This document shows positions 18,580 to 28,879 of a stretch of DNA of 64,000 bases, one piece after another (position 1 is the stretch's first letter; every line of letters starts with the position of its first letter). The notes beneath the pieces were generated by a model, which saw nothing but the letters and a program-made list of their open reading frames with translations, made no database searches and was not told where the DNA came from. The position numbers and the translations under genes are program-made. The stretch spans positions 1 through 64,000 of the forward strand of contig JANOAV010000192.1 in assembly GCA_031411295.1 (NCBI GenBank), in the 5' to 3' direction. The DNA comes from Verrucomicrobiales bacterium (GTDB lineage Bacteria > Verrucomicrobiota > Verrucomicrobiia > Verrucomicrobiales > V1-33).

Positions 18580-20337
18580 ATGTCTAAATTTCTCCACTCC
18601 GGTCGTTGTTGGTGGCTCTGCCTCCAGAGCTGGCTAGTGGCGGCGGTGGCTCAGGCGAGCACGCTCGAATTCTCACTTCATCCGGTGTTTGCCGGAGAGG
18701 CGGTGCGCTTGGATTCCCTGCGTTATGAGACGGCCGCCAAGGAAACCATTTCCCTGACGCGATGGAGCTTGCTCCTGAGCGGATTTGCCTTGGAGCAGGA
18801 GGATGGAGCGTGGTCAGAACTGCCGGGGCAATATGCCTGGCTGGATGCGGAGAGGCAACGTTTCGGGCTTCCGCTATCCAATGCGCCTGCGAAGAAATTT
18901 CGTGCCATGCGATTTTTCATCGGTCCAGATGCGGCCGCGAATGCCGCTGCGGCCCAAGCGTATGGTCCCGAACATCCACTCAATCCGCAGGTCAACGGGC
19001 TGCATTGGAGTTGGCAGGGCGGTTATATTTTCCTGGCACTGGAAGGAAAGTTTCGTGGGGTCGGCGTTGGGGGAGGGGACTTGCCGGGGTTTGCCTATCA
19101 TTTTGCCCGCGATGCCAACCGCACCTGCATTACGCTCAGTGCGGACTTGGACTTGCGGCATGATGCCAGCGTGGCGGTGGAATTTGATGTGGCGGCCGTG
19201 TTCAATGCGCCGCGGCAAATTTCGCTAACCCTCGATGGCACGGCCACGCACGCGCGCGCCCATGATCCGCTCGTGCCTGCGCTCACGGCTAATCTGCGCG
19301 GAGCTTTCCGCGTTCGCGAGGTGCGCTCCAGTCTGCCTGCCATCAGTCAACCCAGCGCCCTTAAGCCGCTTTACCTGCCTGCGACCTATACGCCGTATCG
19401 GTTCACCATGAGTTCTTCGTTTCCGCTGCCTGCGCTGCCACGGGATAATCCGTTGTTGGAGGAGCGGGTAGCATTAGGGAAGCGCTTGTTTTCCGAGCCC
19501 ATGCTTTCGCGCAACGACACCCAATCCTGCGCCACCTGCCATGTGGCCGCCCATGGTTTCTCAGACTCACGGAAATTTAGTCTGGGGGTGGATGGGCAAG
19601 TGGGCAAACGCCATGCGATGCCGCTAATGAATCTGGCTTGGAAAGCGAATTTCTTTTGGGATGGACGTGCGGCTGCGTTGCGGGAGCAAGTGTTACAGCC
19701 AATGCAAGACCCACTGGAAATGGATTCCACTTTGGTGCAAGTGGTGGGCAAACTAAGCGCGCAGGAAGCATATCGTCAGGAGTTCTCCAAGGCTTATGGC
19801 ACGGAGGAGGTTACGTCAGAGAAGGTCGCGCTGGCATTGGAGCAATACTTACTAACACTAACGGTATTCGACTCCAAATTCGACCGTGCGATGAAAGGTC
19901 AGGAGGTGCTGGCCCCTGCGGAGCAGCGCGGATTTGAGTTGTTCATGACCGAGTCCGATCCCCGCACCGGGCAGCGTGGAGCGGACTGTTTCCACTGCCA
20001 TGGCGGAGCGCTCTTCAGCGATCATCAGTTCCACAATAACGGGTTGCGTTTGGATGAGACGGATGTTGGCAGATGGCTCGCAACCAAGCAGGAATCCGAC
20101 CGTGGAAAGTTCGCCACCCCCAGCCTTCGCAACGTGGCCCGCACCGCCCCCTACATGCACGATGGACGATTCGCCACGCTGGAGGAGGTGGTGCAGCATT
20201 ACAGCCAGGGGGTGCAACGCAGTGCGACACTGGACGCGAACTTGGCGAAGCATCCCTCCAGCGGCTTGCAACTTTCCGCCGAGGATCAGGCGGCCTTGGT
20301 GGCGTTTCTGCGCACGCTGAGCGCTCCAGAGTTTTAG
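18580..20337 (+). CDS. MbnP-like domain fused to MbnH/MauG-like di-heme enzyme
   Basis: N-half has LHWSWQGGYIFLALEG (MbnP WxW motif). C-half has DNPL...LGKRLF, CATCH, FFWDGRA, CFHCH, FATPSLRNV, PYMHDG. Confidence 0.85.
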   Translation: MSKFLHSGRCWWLCLQSWLVAAVAQASTLEFSLHPVFAGEAVRLDSLRYETAAKETISLTRWSLLLSGFALEQEDGAWSELPGQYAWLDAERQRFGLPLSNAPAKKFRAMRFFIGPDAAANAAAAQAYGPEHPLNPQVNGLHWSWQGGYIFLALEGKFRGVGVGGGDLPGFAYHFARDANRTCITLSADLDLRHDASVAVEFDVAAVFNAPRQISLTLDGTATHARAHDPLVPALTANLRGAFRVREVRSSLPAISQPSALKPLYLPATYTPYRFTMSSSFPLPALPRDNPLLEERVALGKRLFSEPMLSRNDTQSCATCHVAAHGFSDSRKFSLGVDGQVGKRHAMPLMNLAWKANFFWDGRAAALREQVLQPMQDPLEMDSTLVQVVGKLSAQEAYRQEFSKAYGTEEVTSEKVALALEQYLLTLTVFDSKFDRAMKGQEVLAPAEQRGFELFMTESDPRTGQRGADCFHCHGGALFSDHQFHNNGLRLDETDVGRWLATKQESDRGKFATPSLRNVARTAPYMHDGRFATLEEVVQHYSQGVQRSATLDANLAKHPSSGLQLSAEDQAALVAFLRTLSAPEF

Positions 20338-20400
20338 GGTGCGAAGAAATTTCCCCCGTGCGGATTGAACATCAAACCGCCTTCCGCAGACCAAGACGGA

Positions 20401-21060
20401 ATGAAAAAATCACGCACCACCATCCTAACTCTCGGGATCCTGCTGGGCTTGAGCGGCTGGTTTCTCATGCGGGAATCGCCCCATGCCTCCGCTTCCGCGC
20501 ATCCAAAGGATAGCCTGGTGGACTCGCGGCAGGCAAACTCATATCGGACTGCGGTGGGCGAGGCCGCCATTTCCGCGCCTCCAGCGCCTTCACGCTTCGA
20601 GCAAATTCAGGCGATCAAATCTGCGCTCCAGCCGGCCATTAAAGCTTGGGAGCGCAAGCATGCCCTCTATCAACGGACTGCCGGCCCCAATGGCAGTGAC
20701 GCCTTGACCGTGGAATTGCCTGCGGCAGATGAGGCGCTGGTGGATGAACTGCGTTTCCTCGTTGGGCAGCAGGTGGGACCTGAAGTGGGAAAGGGGATGC
20801 TGGAAACCTTGCTGGAACAGGATTTCGCAGAGTTGGCGGGACCGCGTAAAATCGTGGCCCTGCCGCGTGCGGGGGATGGACGATTGGATCGATTCGAAAT
20901 CTTTATTCCCGAGCCTTCCCCGCCGCCCCAGATGGCTCCGTCGGGAGCGGCGCAAGGAGATCCCGCTGCGCAGCCTTGGATGATGTCCTACAGTTTCACG
21001 ATGCATGGAACAGAACCGCCCGAAGAATTGCGTCACCTCCTGCGATTCGCGGAGGAATAG
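20401..21060 (+). CDS. Hypothetical membrane-anchored protein
   Basis: MKKSRTTILTLGILLGLSGWFL anchor; no recognised family. Confidence 0.6.
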   Translation: MKKSRTTILTLGILLGLSGWFLMRESPHASASAHPKDSLVDSRQANSYRTAVGEAAISAPPAPSRFEQIQAIKSALQPAIKAWERKHALYQRTAGPNGSDALTVELPAADEALVDELRFLVGQQVGPEVGKGMLETLLEQDFAELAGPRKIVALPRAGDGRLDRFEIFIPEPSPPPQMAPSGAAQGDPAAQPWMMSYSFTMHGTEPPEELRHLLRFAEE

Positions 21061-21119
21061 CACGTTAGCGCGTTCGTTTCGCTTGCTAATTTGCCTGTCC
21101 CTGCGACACTGGCATCACT

Positions 21120-21362
21120 ATGGAAGACAAAGTCATTTACGATCGCAAACCTGCCGTGCTCAAACTCGCTGCTGGTGATTACTGGTGGTGTGCTTGCGGC
21201 AAGTCCAAGACCCAACCTTATTGCGACGGCTCGCACAAGGGGTCCGGGATGGGACCGGTGAAATTCAACCTGGCCGAAGAAAAGACCGTGGCTCTGTGCA
21301 ACTGCAAGCACACTGCGAACCCACCCTTCTGTGATGGGTCGCACAGTAAGCTGTCGGCTTAA
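21120..21362 (+). CDS. CDGSH iron-sulfur domain protein (two motifs)
   Basis: CACGKSKTQPYCDGSH and CNCKHTANPPFCDGSH. Confidence 0.95.
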   Translation: MEDKVIYDRKPAVLKLAAGDYWWCACGKSKTQPYCDGSHKGSGMGPVKFNLAEEKTVALCNCKHTANPPFCDGSHSKLSA

Positions 21363-21394
21363 CGCGGGGCAGCGCTGGAATACCGCAGCTAGAA

Positions 21395-21486
21395 GCAGTC
21401 ATGGGCATTAGCCCGCAGGCATGTCTGGGCGGATTAAGGTGTCTGATTCACAGGGAACGTTCGACGGGCTGAAGCCCTCGACTACG
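21395..21486. repeat. Degenerate intergenic REP-like element
   Basis: GGGCATTAGCCC and GACGGGCTGAAGCCCTCGACTAC (reverse complement begins GTAG). Confidence 0.4.
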
Positions 21487-21734
21487 TGGGCTTGCGGTGG
21501 GGTGGAATCAGGTGAAAAATTTTATTGTAATTTGCGCAAAAGAAAGGCACCTTGGAATTCGCCTAATCTAAAATACTTCGCTTGGTTGCTCTTTGACGGA
21601 ACCAGACTCAGGGAAGACTTTTGGATGGGTAACTCAAATTCTAAAAAATAATCCGGCTGACTCGCGCTGAACTGCTGCCCCAGATTCAGGGCGCGGGGTG
21701 GCCCGACCACTCGTGATTTGCCCATTTTCCTTCC

Positions 21735-23396
21735 ATGATATCTCGTCTCCCATCGCTTTTGGCTTTGCTGCTGCTGGCGCCTCCTGTAATTGGGATGGCG
21801 CAGACAGTGGCTTTACCCACCGACGATTTGATTACCACGGATCTGCTTCCGAGCGGTTCCTTGTTTGACGGAATCGAAGGTGGTGGGGCGATTGAGCCGT
21901 TAACCGCCTCAGATGCCCTGATGACTTTGGAGGATGCTGATCAGATTGCGGAAGTTACGGAGGACCTGCTGCCCATGTCCAAGCGCCCGTTGACGGTCCG
22001 AGTAGGAGTCGGGATCATTTCCGACGACAACATCTTCCAAACCCACGATGATCCCACCAAGGATGTGATCCTGCAATACGTGGGCGGGATCACTTACGAA
22101 CTGCACAAAAATGAAACGACGCGGCTGGCGGTGGACTACGATGTGACCGGATACCACCTGATGGATAATCCAGAGAATGATTCCTGGGACCAAATCGGGA
22201 AGCTCTCTGCGGGTTACAATTTCTCCCGCACGAAATTTGAGTTTTTGGGGACTTACAGCCATTTGACCGGGGCAGAGCGGCAATTGGGCGCATTTGTGGA
22301 TCGGGATGTGCTGGCGGCTCGGGCTACCATGATCTACGAACTGGGGGCGAAAACGAACTTGAAGGGAGACCTTAATTATAACAGCACAGACTACCGGAAC
22401 CTGCAAGCCTTCCAAGACATGTCAGTGCGGGCTGGGATTGAATACAAGGTGGGCAGCAAGACCGCCTTGGGGGTGGCGGGGGTTTACGGGGTGATGGAAA
22501 CGACGGTGGCCCAAGCTTTGGCCAACACGGAAAGCACGACTCAGCAGCAGGTCGCACTAGCCCCGCTGGTAGCGCAGCAAACTGCGGCCACCGCCGCAGC
22601 CTTGGCAGCCATCAATGTTAGCTTGGCGGATTTGGATAAAAAATACGCGGATGATCTCAAAGCGGAGAATGATAGGCCTCGGCCCAACACCCCCGAGGCT
22701 GACGCGGCACACGCCCAGGCCTTGAAAACCATCAACGATAAATACACCACCGACCGCGATACCTTGGTGAAACAATACAATGCGGCCAATGTCGTGTCCG
22801 TCCGCAGGAACAAAGCCACCAATGCTGCCGCGGCAAACCAAGCCAAGCGCAAGGCGGCCTCCCGGGCCTCCACGTCCCGCCAATTCTATAAGCAACTGCT
22901 GCTCACCGCCAGTTACGAGGCCACCGGGAAATTATTCTTCAATCTGGATTTCGGGATGGATTTCCGCGAGTATGAAGGAGAGGCTTCGGTCGGTTCGCGA
23001 ACCAATTTCACCTATCGCTTAACTGCCAACTACAAAATGCGGGAGCGCACCATGCTCTCGCTTACGGGGGGACGGCAAGTGGATGGCTCAGCGGCTACCT
23101 TGGGCGTGTCCGTCCGGCGCAATACAATCCAACTCGGCGTGGATCAGCAAATCGGGGATCGCTTCCGCTTGGCGGTGGCTGGAGGCTACGACATGGGACA
23201 ATTCGAGTCCTCCCGCAGCGACATTGCATCCGAGCGCTCTGATAATTACCTCTTCGGCAAGGCGACCCTGACCTACAATTTCACCAAATCCGCTTACATC
23301 AGTGCTTTTTATGAATACCGTGATCAAAGCTCCACTGCGGAGAATTTGACATACACCAATAATCGGTATGGATTGCAGCTCGGCGTGAACTTTTAA
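21735..23396 (+). CDS. Outer-membrane beta-barrel protein associated with polysaccharide export, with internal helical insert
   Basis: Signal peptide, DDNIF, alternating beta-strand pattern, C-terminal YTNNRYGLQLGVNF; first gene before wza/wzc-like genes. Confidence 0.75.
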   Translation: MISRLPSLLALLLLAPPVIGMAQTVALPTDDLITTDLLPSGSLFDGIEGGGAIEPLTASDALMTLEDADQIAEVTEDLLPMSKRPLTVRVGVGIISDDNIFQTHDDPTKDVILQYVGGITYELHKNETTRLAVDYDVTGYHLMDNPENDSWDQIGKLSAGYNFSRTKFEFLGTYSHLTGAERQLGAFVDRDVLAARATMIYELGAKTNLKGDLNYNSTDYRNLQAFQDMSVRAGIEYKVGSKTALGVAGVYGVMETTVAQALANTESTTQQQVALAPLVAQQTAATAAALAAINVSLADLDKKYADDLKAENDRPRPNTPEADAAHAQALKTINDKYTTDRDTLVKQYNAANVVSVRRNKATNAAAANQAKRKAASRASTSRQFYKQLLLTASYEATGKLFFNLDFGMDFREYEGEASVGSRTNFTYRLTANYKMRERTMLSLTGGRQVDGSAATLGVSVRRNTIQLGVDQQIGDRFRLAVAGGYDMGQFESSRSDIASERSDNYLFGKATLTYNFTKSAYISAFYEYRDQSSTAENLTYTNNRYGLQLGVNF

Positions 23397-23419
23397 CCTC
23401 AACCACCTTGAATTACCCC

Positions 23420-24010
23420 ATGAAATCGCTCCTATTCTTCCTGCGGCGGACCATTTTGATCCTGACTAGTGCGCTACTGACCCCTGTAGCATTGGCTCAG
23501 GGCGAAGCTGGTGAAGGAGCTGGTGAACACCAGTTGGGGGCTGGGGATTCGATCGATATCCGCGTATTTCAAGAGCCAGAATTGGACTCCGCAAAAGTTC
23601 CCGTGAGCAAAGAGGGGCGCGTTTCCATTCAGCTCGCAGGTGAAGTCGAGGTGATTGGCTTAACGCCCACCCTAGCGGCGCGGGCGATTGAGTCGAAATT
23701 GAAGCAAGGCTACCTAGTTCACCCTAAAGTTACGGTTACCATCAGCGGCTATGCGCAACGGCGGTTCACGGTGCTGGGGGCGGTCAACAAACCTGGTGCC
23801 TTCACTTTCCCCGCCGGGCAAAATCTCACGGTGCTGGAAGCCATCGGCATGGCCGGAGGCTACAATAAACAGGCCAATCCCAGCAAGATCATCCTCAAGC
23901 GGGCTGGCGGAGGCGAGCCCATCAAATTGGACGGCAAAAAACTGGGCGAAGGAGCCCCTATGAATTTGAAAGCTGGCGATGTGATTACGGTTGGCGAATC
24001 CGTATTCTAA
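23420..24010 (+). CDS. Polysaccharide biosynthesis/export protein (Wza-like, Poly_export + SLBB)
   Basis: LGAGDSIDIRVFQEPEL, GEVEVIGLT, VLGAVNKPG, LEAIGMAGG. Confidence 0.92.
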   Translation: MKSLLFFLRRTILILTSALLTPVALAQGEAGEGAGEHQLGAGDSIDIRVFQEPELDSAKVPVSKEGRVSIQLAGEVEVIGLTPTLAARAIESKLKQGYLVHPKVTVTISGYAQRRFTVLGAVNKPGAFTFPAGQNLTVLEAIGMAGGYNKQANPSKIILKRAGGGEPIKLDGKKLGEGAPMNLKAGDVITVGESVF

Positions 24011-24075
24011 ACTTAACCAATCGGTCGCGAGCGCCCTTCGCAACCTGATGGTCCCTCTTTTCCCCCTCCTGCTGC

Positions 24076-26214
24076 ATGAATTTCCAACGCTACCTCTTCC
24101 TTTTTCTAAGATTTTCCTGGCTCCTCGTCCTGCTAACGGTGGCCGCATTGGGCGTCACCTGGAAGTGGCTCACCACGCAGACTCCTTATTATGCTTCCCG
24201 CGGGGTCATTGAAGTCGTGGCGGATCAGGAGCAGGTCTTGGGAAATATCAAAGGGGCCACGGAAACCCGAGTGAACTCTCTGGACGTGCTCAATACCGTG
24301 GTGCAGTCGCTCACGGGGAATACGTTTCTCCTGAAGGTGTCCAAGAACATCGGTCTGGCGGGAGCTGTGGCGGACAGCTCTGCGGGCGGGCAAGTTTTGC
24401 CGGATCAGGAAAGCAGCCTGGCGGGGAGGCTGCGGAACCAGTTGAATGTCAGCTTGCGCCGCGGCACGCGTTTGATTGATGTGGTGGCGGAAGATACAAG
24501 TCCTGAGAAGGCGCGCAAATTAGCCGCCGCCGTGATTGAGGAATTCATGGCAGGGCTAAAGGAGGGGCAGAAGGGCGCCAATGCCAACGCGGTTGCCAGT
24601 CTGATCCCAGAAATTGAAAAGCAAAAGATTGAGGTCAAAAACTTGGAGGGCAAATTGGCTGATTACCGTAAAGCGCATCCAAATTTTACGTTTGGAAACC
24701 GGGAAAACATTACCATGACCAGAGTCGAGCAACTCTCCAAAGACTACGAAGAAGCGAAGGCCAAGCGGATCCGGGTGGCAGATGATTTGGATGCGCTCAA
24801 AAATATTAAGGAGGGGGATGAGGAGGCCCTGTCGCGGATCGCGTCGGTGATGAGTTTGCCGGAAGTGGGGCCACTGATTAACACCGTGAACGCTAAGGAA
24901 ACGGATTTTGCCACCTTGCAGCAACGTTACAAGGAATTGCATCCGAAGTTTATTGCCGCCGAAACCGAGTTGAACGAACTGAAACGCAAGAAGGCCCTCG
25001 CGCTGAGCAAGGCCGCCGATGCCATTCGTAAGGATTTCGAGGACTTGGCGAAAACGGAAACCCAGTTGGAGCAAATGCTCGAGGATGCTAAGAAAAACAA
25101 TCGGGAGTTGATGGAAATCATCGTGCCCTACAATGAAATGCAAAAGCAAGTCGAGGGAGCCCGAGAATATTTCACTACCCTGACCAATCGGTTGAAGGAC
25201 ATCACGATCACCGAGAGCGTCGATAAGAATCCCTACCGGGTCAACGAAGACCCCTTGATTAACCTCCTGCCGGTCCGGCCCAACAAAACCAAGGCCTACC
25301 TGATTGCTGGCTTGGGGTCACTGTTGCTGGGAATCGGGATGGTCCTGCTAATTGACCGCCTCGACTCCTCCATTCGGACCGTGGACGAGGCTGAAAGCGA
25401 ATTCGGCCTGCCCGTGCTGGCGGCCGTTCCGGAGGGCTCACTCAAGGATATTCCGCAAGGTGGCACGGTCATGACGGATGCGCCCGATAGTCCGCAGGCG
25501 GAGGCATTTCGCAACCTGCGCGCCTCGCTGTCCCTGCTGGGTGAGGAGTCAAAGCGCCGCATCATTTTGGTTACGAGTGCCATTCCCGCAGAAGGAAAAA
25601 CATTCACTGCGATGAACTTGGCTGCCTCCATGGCCAGCCAGGGATTGCGCACTTTAATCATTGATGCCGACCTTCGTCGTCCGGCACTTTCCGCCGCATT
25701 CATCGAAGAGGCTGACCGCCGATCGGACAACTATCGAGGGTTGAGCGATGTGCTGAGTGGCTTGGTGGAAGTAAACGAGGCCATCCGCAGCACCTCTGTG
25801 CATGGGCTCTCACTAATACCATCGGGACGTCGCCCACCCAATCCTTCCGAGCTTCTCGCCCAGTATGAACTTTCTGCCCTGCTGGAACGATTATTGAAAG
25901 ACTTTGACCGAGTCTTGATTGATAGTGCACCGGTCAACGCTGTGAGTGATAGTCTCACCTTGGCGACGCACGCTCATGCCGTTTGTCTGGTGCTAGCCTT
26001 CGGCAAAACGCCACGTCGGGCGTTCCAGCGAGCCCTCAATGTGATTACCAAAACCGGGGCCAAAATTGCCGGTATCATCATGAATCGGATGCCAGCGAAC
26101 CGGGGGGCAGCCTACTACTATTATTATTACGGAGATTCCTACACGGATGGTGGCGAGACCAAGAAAGCCAAGAAAAAGCGGCGCGCAGCGGAATCTGACG
26201 CTAAAATCGGTTAA
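24076..26214 (+). CDS. Wzc/GumC-family polysaccharide co-polymerase / tyrosine autokinase
   Basis: Two TM helices around a coiled coil, EAFRNLRASL, VTSAIPAEGKT, IIDADLRRP, LIDSAP, C-terminal YYYYYY cluster. Confidence 0.93.
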   Translation: MNFQRYLFLFLRFSWLLVLLTVAALGVTWKWLTTQTPYYASRGVIEVVADQEQVLGNIKGATETRVNSLDVLNTVVQSLTGNTFLLKVSKNIGLAGAVADSSAGGQVLPDQESSLAGRLRNQLNVSLRRGTRLIDVVAEDTSPEKARKLAAAVIEEFMAGLKEGQKGANANAVASLIPEIEKQKIEVKNLEGKLADYRKAHPNFTFGNRENITMTRVEQLSKDYEEAKAKRIRVADDLDALKNIKEGDEEALSRIASVMSLPEVGPLINTVNAKETDFATLQQRYKELHPKFIAAETELNELKRKKALALSKAADAIRKDFEDLAKTETQLEQMLEDAKKNNRELMEIIVPYNEMQKQVEGAREYFTTLTNRLKDITITESVDKNPYRVNEDPLINLLPVRPNKTKAYLIAGLGSLLLGIGMVLLIDRLDSSIRTVDEAESEFGLPVLAAVPEGSLKDIPQGGTVMTDAPDSPQAEAFRNLRASLSLLGEESKRRIILVTSAIPAEGKTFTAMNLAASMASQGLRTLIIDADLRRPALSAAFIEEADRRSDNYRGLSDVLSGLVEVNEAIRSTSVHGLSLIPSGRRPPNPSELLAQYELSALLERLLKDFDRVLIDSAPVNAVSDSLTLATHAHAVCLVLAFGKTPRRAFQRALNVITKTGAKIAGIIMNRMPANRGAAYYYYYYGDSYTDGGETKKAKKKRRAAESDAKIG

Positions 26215-26318
26215 ATCTCGTCCGCTAGTTGTTCACCCACAAATTATTTTCTCTCAAACCTGAAATTTTCGCCGATTTACCTTGACCTTTAGTCGAAAAA
26301 AAGCAAAATGAACTCACT

Positions 26319-26465
26319 ATGAAGTCGAAATCTATTACATCCCTCTTCGCCTTGGTGCTACTCGCCATTGTTTCCAGCATGATGCCTGCGCAAGCAGGCC
26401 TCCGTGGGACAACGCCACCGCCACCTCCACCGCCAGCACCAGAGCCAGTAACTAGTCACCTTTAA
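26319..26465 (+). CDS. Small secreted proline-rich peptide (48 aa)
   Basis: Manual translation MKSKSITSLFALVLLAIVSSMMPAQA-GLRGTTPPPPPPPAPEPVTSHL; Sec-type signal with AQA cleavage site; below ORF-track cutoff. Confidence 0.55.
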   Translation: MKSKSITSLFALVLLAIVSSMMPAQAGLRGTTPPPPPPPAPEPVTSHL

Positions 26466-26520
26466 TCTTGATAAGATAGGTGACATTTATCCTTCTCCAT
26501 CCAATAACAGAATTCCATTC

Positions 26521-27348
26521 ATGAAATTCCCTCAAACGCTGAGTTGCGTTACGCTCGTCATTGCGTCAGTGTCGGTGGCTCATGCCACCGCATATTACGC
26601 TGGGTTTGATGCTCCAATTTACAATCCTGGGACGGGCCCGTTAGCAGGACCTGGGGCTAGTCCTGCTACTGTAAATGACCTCAGTGGGCAACGCGGTTGG
26701 GCCATTGATGGCTCTAACTTGCCTGCCTCTGCGCCTCTTTTGTCAGCATTTGTCGATATTCCTTTCGGCGGCGGGGACGTTTGGGGGACTTTGGGCGGAC
26801 AGTGGTCCACTCCTAATACCACAAGTATCGAACTCACACACTCGGCAGTAATACCGCTGAATGGCAGCGTCTTCCAAGTGGATGTGGACATCATCGGCAG
26901 CACTGTCGGAACTCGCGATAAATTCGGGTGGTCCCTGAAGGACAGCGGAGCCTCTGATTTAGTTAGAATCGCATTCGAGCCGGGCCAGCCTGGTCTCATG
27001 CACGTTCTTTGGTATGACGGAGCAAACGTTGCTCACTCAACAGGCCATGACATTGCTTACGGTGCCCCTTACACGATTCAGCTAGCCTTTGATACTCCCG
27101 TTGGTGGAGATCTCACCCTGTATGGCAAAATCATCGGCTCAAATACCGTTCCCTTCACCGGGACTCTCACGGGTGCTGCTTCTGCCACCGTCGCCACGGT
27201 GAACGCGGACTTTGACCTAACAGGCACCGCTGCTGGTGCAGGCGATAATTACATGGCTTTCAATAATCTGGCGGTTCCTGAGCCATCTTCCATGCTGACC
27301 GCAGGCCTGGCCCTCATCGGCTTGGCTGGACGCCGCCGCCGGAAGTAG
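26521..27348 (+). CDS. PEP-CTERM sorting domain protein
   Basis: Signal peptide; C-terminal VPEPSSMLTAGLALIGLAGRRRRK. Confidence 0.93.
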   Translation: MKFPQTLSCVTLVIASVSVAHATAYYAGFDAPIYNPGTGPLAGPGASPATVNDLSGQRGWAIDGSNLPASAPLLSAFVDIPFGGGDVWGTLGGQWSTPNTTSIELTHSAVIPLNGSVFQVDVDIIGSTVGTRDKFGWSLKDSGASDLVRIAFEPGQPGLMHVLWYDGANVAHSTGHDIAYGAPYTIQLAFDTPVGGDLTLYGKIIGSNTVPFTGTLTGAASATVATVNADFDLTGTAAGAGDNYMAFNNLAVPEPSSMLTAGLALIGLAGRRRRK

Positions 27349-27376
27349 GCTGCGCACTGAGCGTAAATCAATCTCG

Positions 27377-27407
27377 AGAGCCGTCTGCTTGCAGGCGGCT
27401 CTTTTTT
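27377..27407 (+). terminator. Rho-independent terminator
   Basis: AGAGCCGTCTGC-TT-GCAGGCGGCTCT stem followed by T run. Confidence 0.85.
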
Positions 27408-27540
27408 GTTGGACGTGCCCCCATGAGCCTAACTGGATTTGATCGATTTCTGTCTGGGCCGAGGAGATTTAACTGGCGCTGGTGAATAATCAGGATATGT
27501 TGAAGATCTTATTTTCTTCACAAATTTTGGTAATTTAGCA

Positions 27541-28443
27541 ATGATTTCCCTAGGACCAGAAAAGCTGATGGTGGCAGGAGGACTGGACTACGCGCTGCGG
27601 CAGTCCAGTTGGCCGGGTTTGTTGGTGATTGTGGTGCTCCTGTTTGTCTCGAGCTTTAGCTGGGCGGTTATGGTCACGAAATACCGGGCCCTGAAGCGAG
27701 CTGCGGGCGCCTCCCGTGATTTTTTGTTGGCGTGGCGCGCAGAACCATCTGCTTTGGCCATCTTTGCCGGAGGTCAACGTTTTGAGGGCTCCCCGCACTA
27801 TCAGATTTATCACGAGGGCAGTGTTGCCTTGACGGTTCAATTAGTGGGAACAGCCCAAGTGGATACGGATCTGCCAGAGCGTCTGGCGGTAGCCCCTAAG
27901 TTGCCGCCGGCACAACTGGAGACAGTCGCGCTCTCATTGCAAAAGGCCTGTGGAGAGGCCACGCTGGGTATGGAGTCCCAAACCGCGCTGTTGGCCACGG
28001 CGGTTGCTGGTGGTCCCTTTCTGGGGCTGCTGGGAACGGTCTGGGGGGTGATGGATACGTTCAGCGCGATTGCTGAATCCACCTCTGCGGCAAGTGTCAA
28101 GGACATGGCGCCTGGAGTGGCTGCCGCTTTGGTGACCACGGTGGTGGGGTTGTTGGTGGCGATTCCAGCCATGTTCGGCTATAACTATTTGGTGAGTCGG
28201 GTGCGGACTCTGGGGCTGAGCTTGGAAAATTTCACGATGGAATTGATGGCGGCCTGGCAACAGGAATGGCTGGAGCGTGGCAGCGGAGGCGGACCGCGGC
28301 CGTTGAATTTCCGCCCCAGTGTGATTGCGGCCCTGGCCCGTCCAGAGACGGAAGCACCAGCATCGTTGCCGATTAATCCAGTGACTGATCTGCCCGTGCG
28401 GATGTTGCCGGTGGACCCTGAATCCGGACTTTCCGAGGACTAA
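27541..28443 (+). CDS. tolQ: TolQ (MotA/TolQ/ExbB proton channel)
   Basis: GPFLGLLGTVWGVM, APGVAAALVTTVVGLLVAIPA; context of Tol-Pal cluster. Confidence 0.85.
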   Translation: MISLGPEKLMVAGGLDYALRQSSWPGLLVIVVLLFVSSFSWAVMVTKYRALKRAAGASRDFLLAWRAEPSALAIFAGGQRFEGSPHYQIYHEGSVALTVQLVGTAQVDTDLPERLAVAPKLPPAQLETVALSLQKACGEATLGMESQTALLATAVAGGPFLGLLGTVWGVMDTFSAIAESTSAASVKDMAPGVAAALVTTVVGLLVAIPAMFGYNYLVSRVRTLGLSLENFTMELMAAWQQEWLERGSGGGPRPLNFRPSVIAALARPETEAPASLPINPVTDLPVRMLPVDPESGLSED

Positions 28444-28445
28444 GT

Positions 28446-28868
28446 ATGAACTTACGGCGTCGTCCATCCTCCAGAGCTTCGTTGGGAGTCATGTCCGAGC
28501 TAAACGTCACCCCATTGCTGGATTTGGCGTTTGTGCTGCTGGTCATCTTTATGATCACAGCCCCCTTGCTGCGTCAGGGAATTGAACTGAATTTGCCAAT
28601 CACGAAATCCCCTCAGGACGCTGGGCTGGGGGAACACTTGGTAACGCTGACGGTGCGCCCGCAGGGAGAGTTGCTGCTCAATGGAGTGGGGTTGGCGGAG
28701 GCAAGTCTAACAGACGCGTTGGCTCAGCTAGTGGCACTGGATCCGGCGGTGGCGGTCGTTTTGGAAACGCCACAAAATTTACCAGTGCAACGACTCGTTG
28801 AATTGCTGGAGCAGGTCAAACGTGCGGGGGCCTCCCGGATGGGGTTGGTGACCAGAACGGTGCCGTAA
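28446..28868 (+). CDS. tolR: TolR/ExbD family protein
   Basis: SELNVTPLLDLAFVLLVIFMITAP. Confidence 0.85.
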   Translation: MNLRRRPSSRASLGVMSELNVTPLLDLAFVLLVIFMITAPLLRQGIELNLPITKSPQDAGLGEHLVTLTVRPQGELLLNGVGLAEASLTDALAQLVALDPAVAVVLETPQNLPVQRLVELLEQVKRAGASRMGLVTRTVP

Positions 28869-28879
28869 TTTTATTGCTT

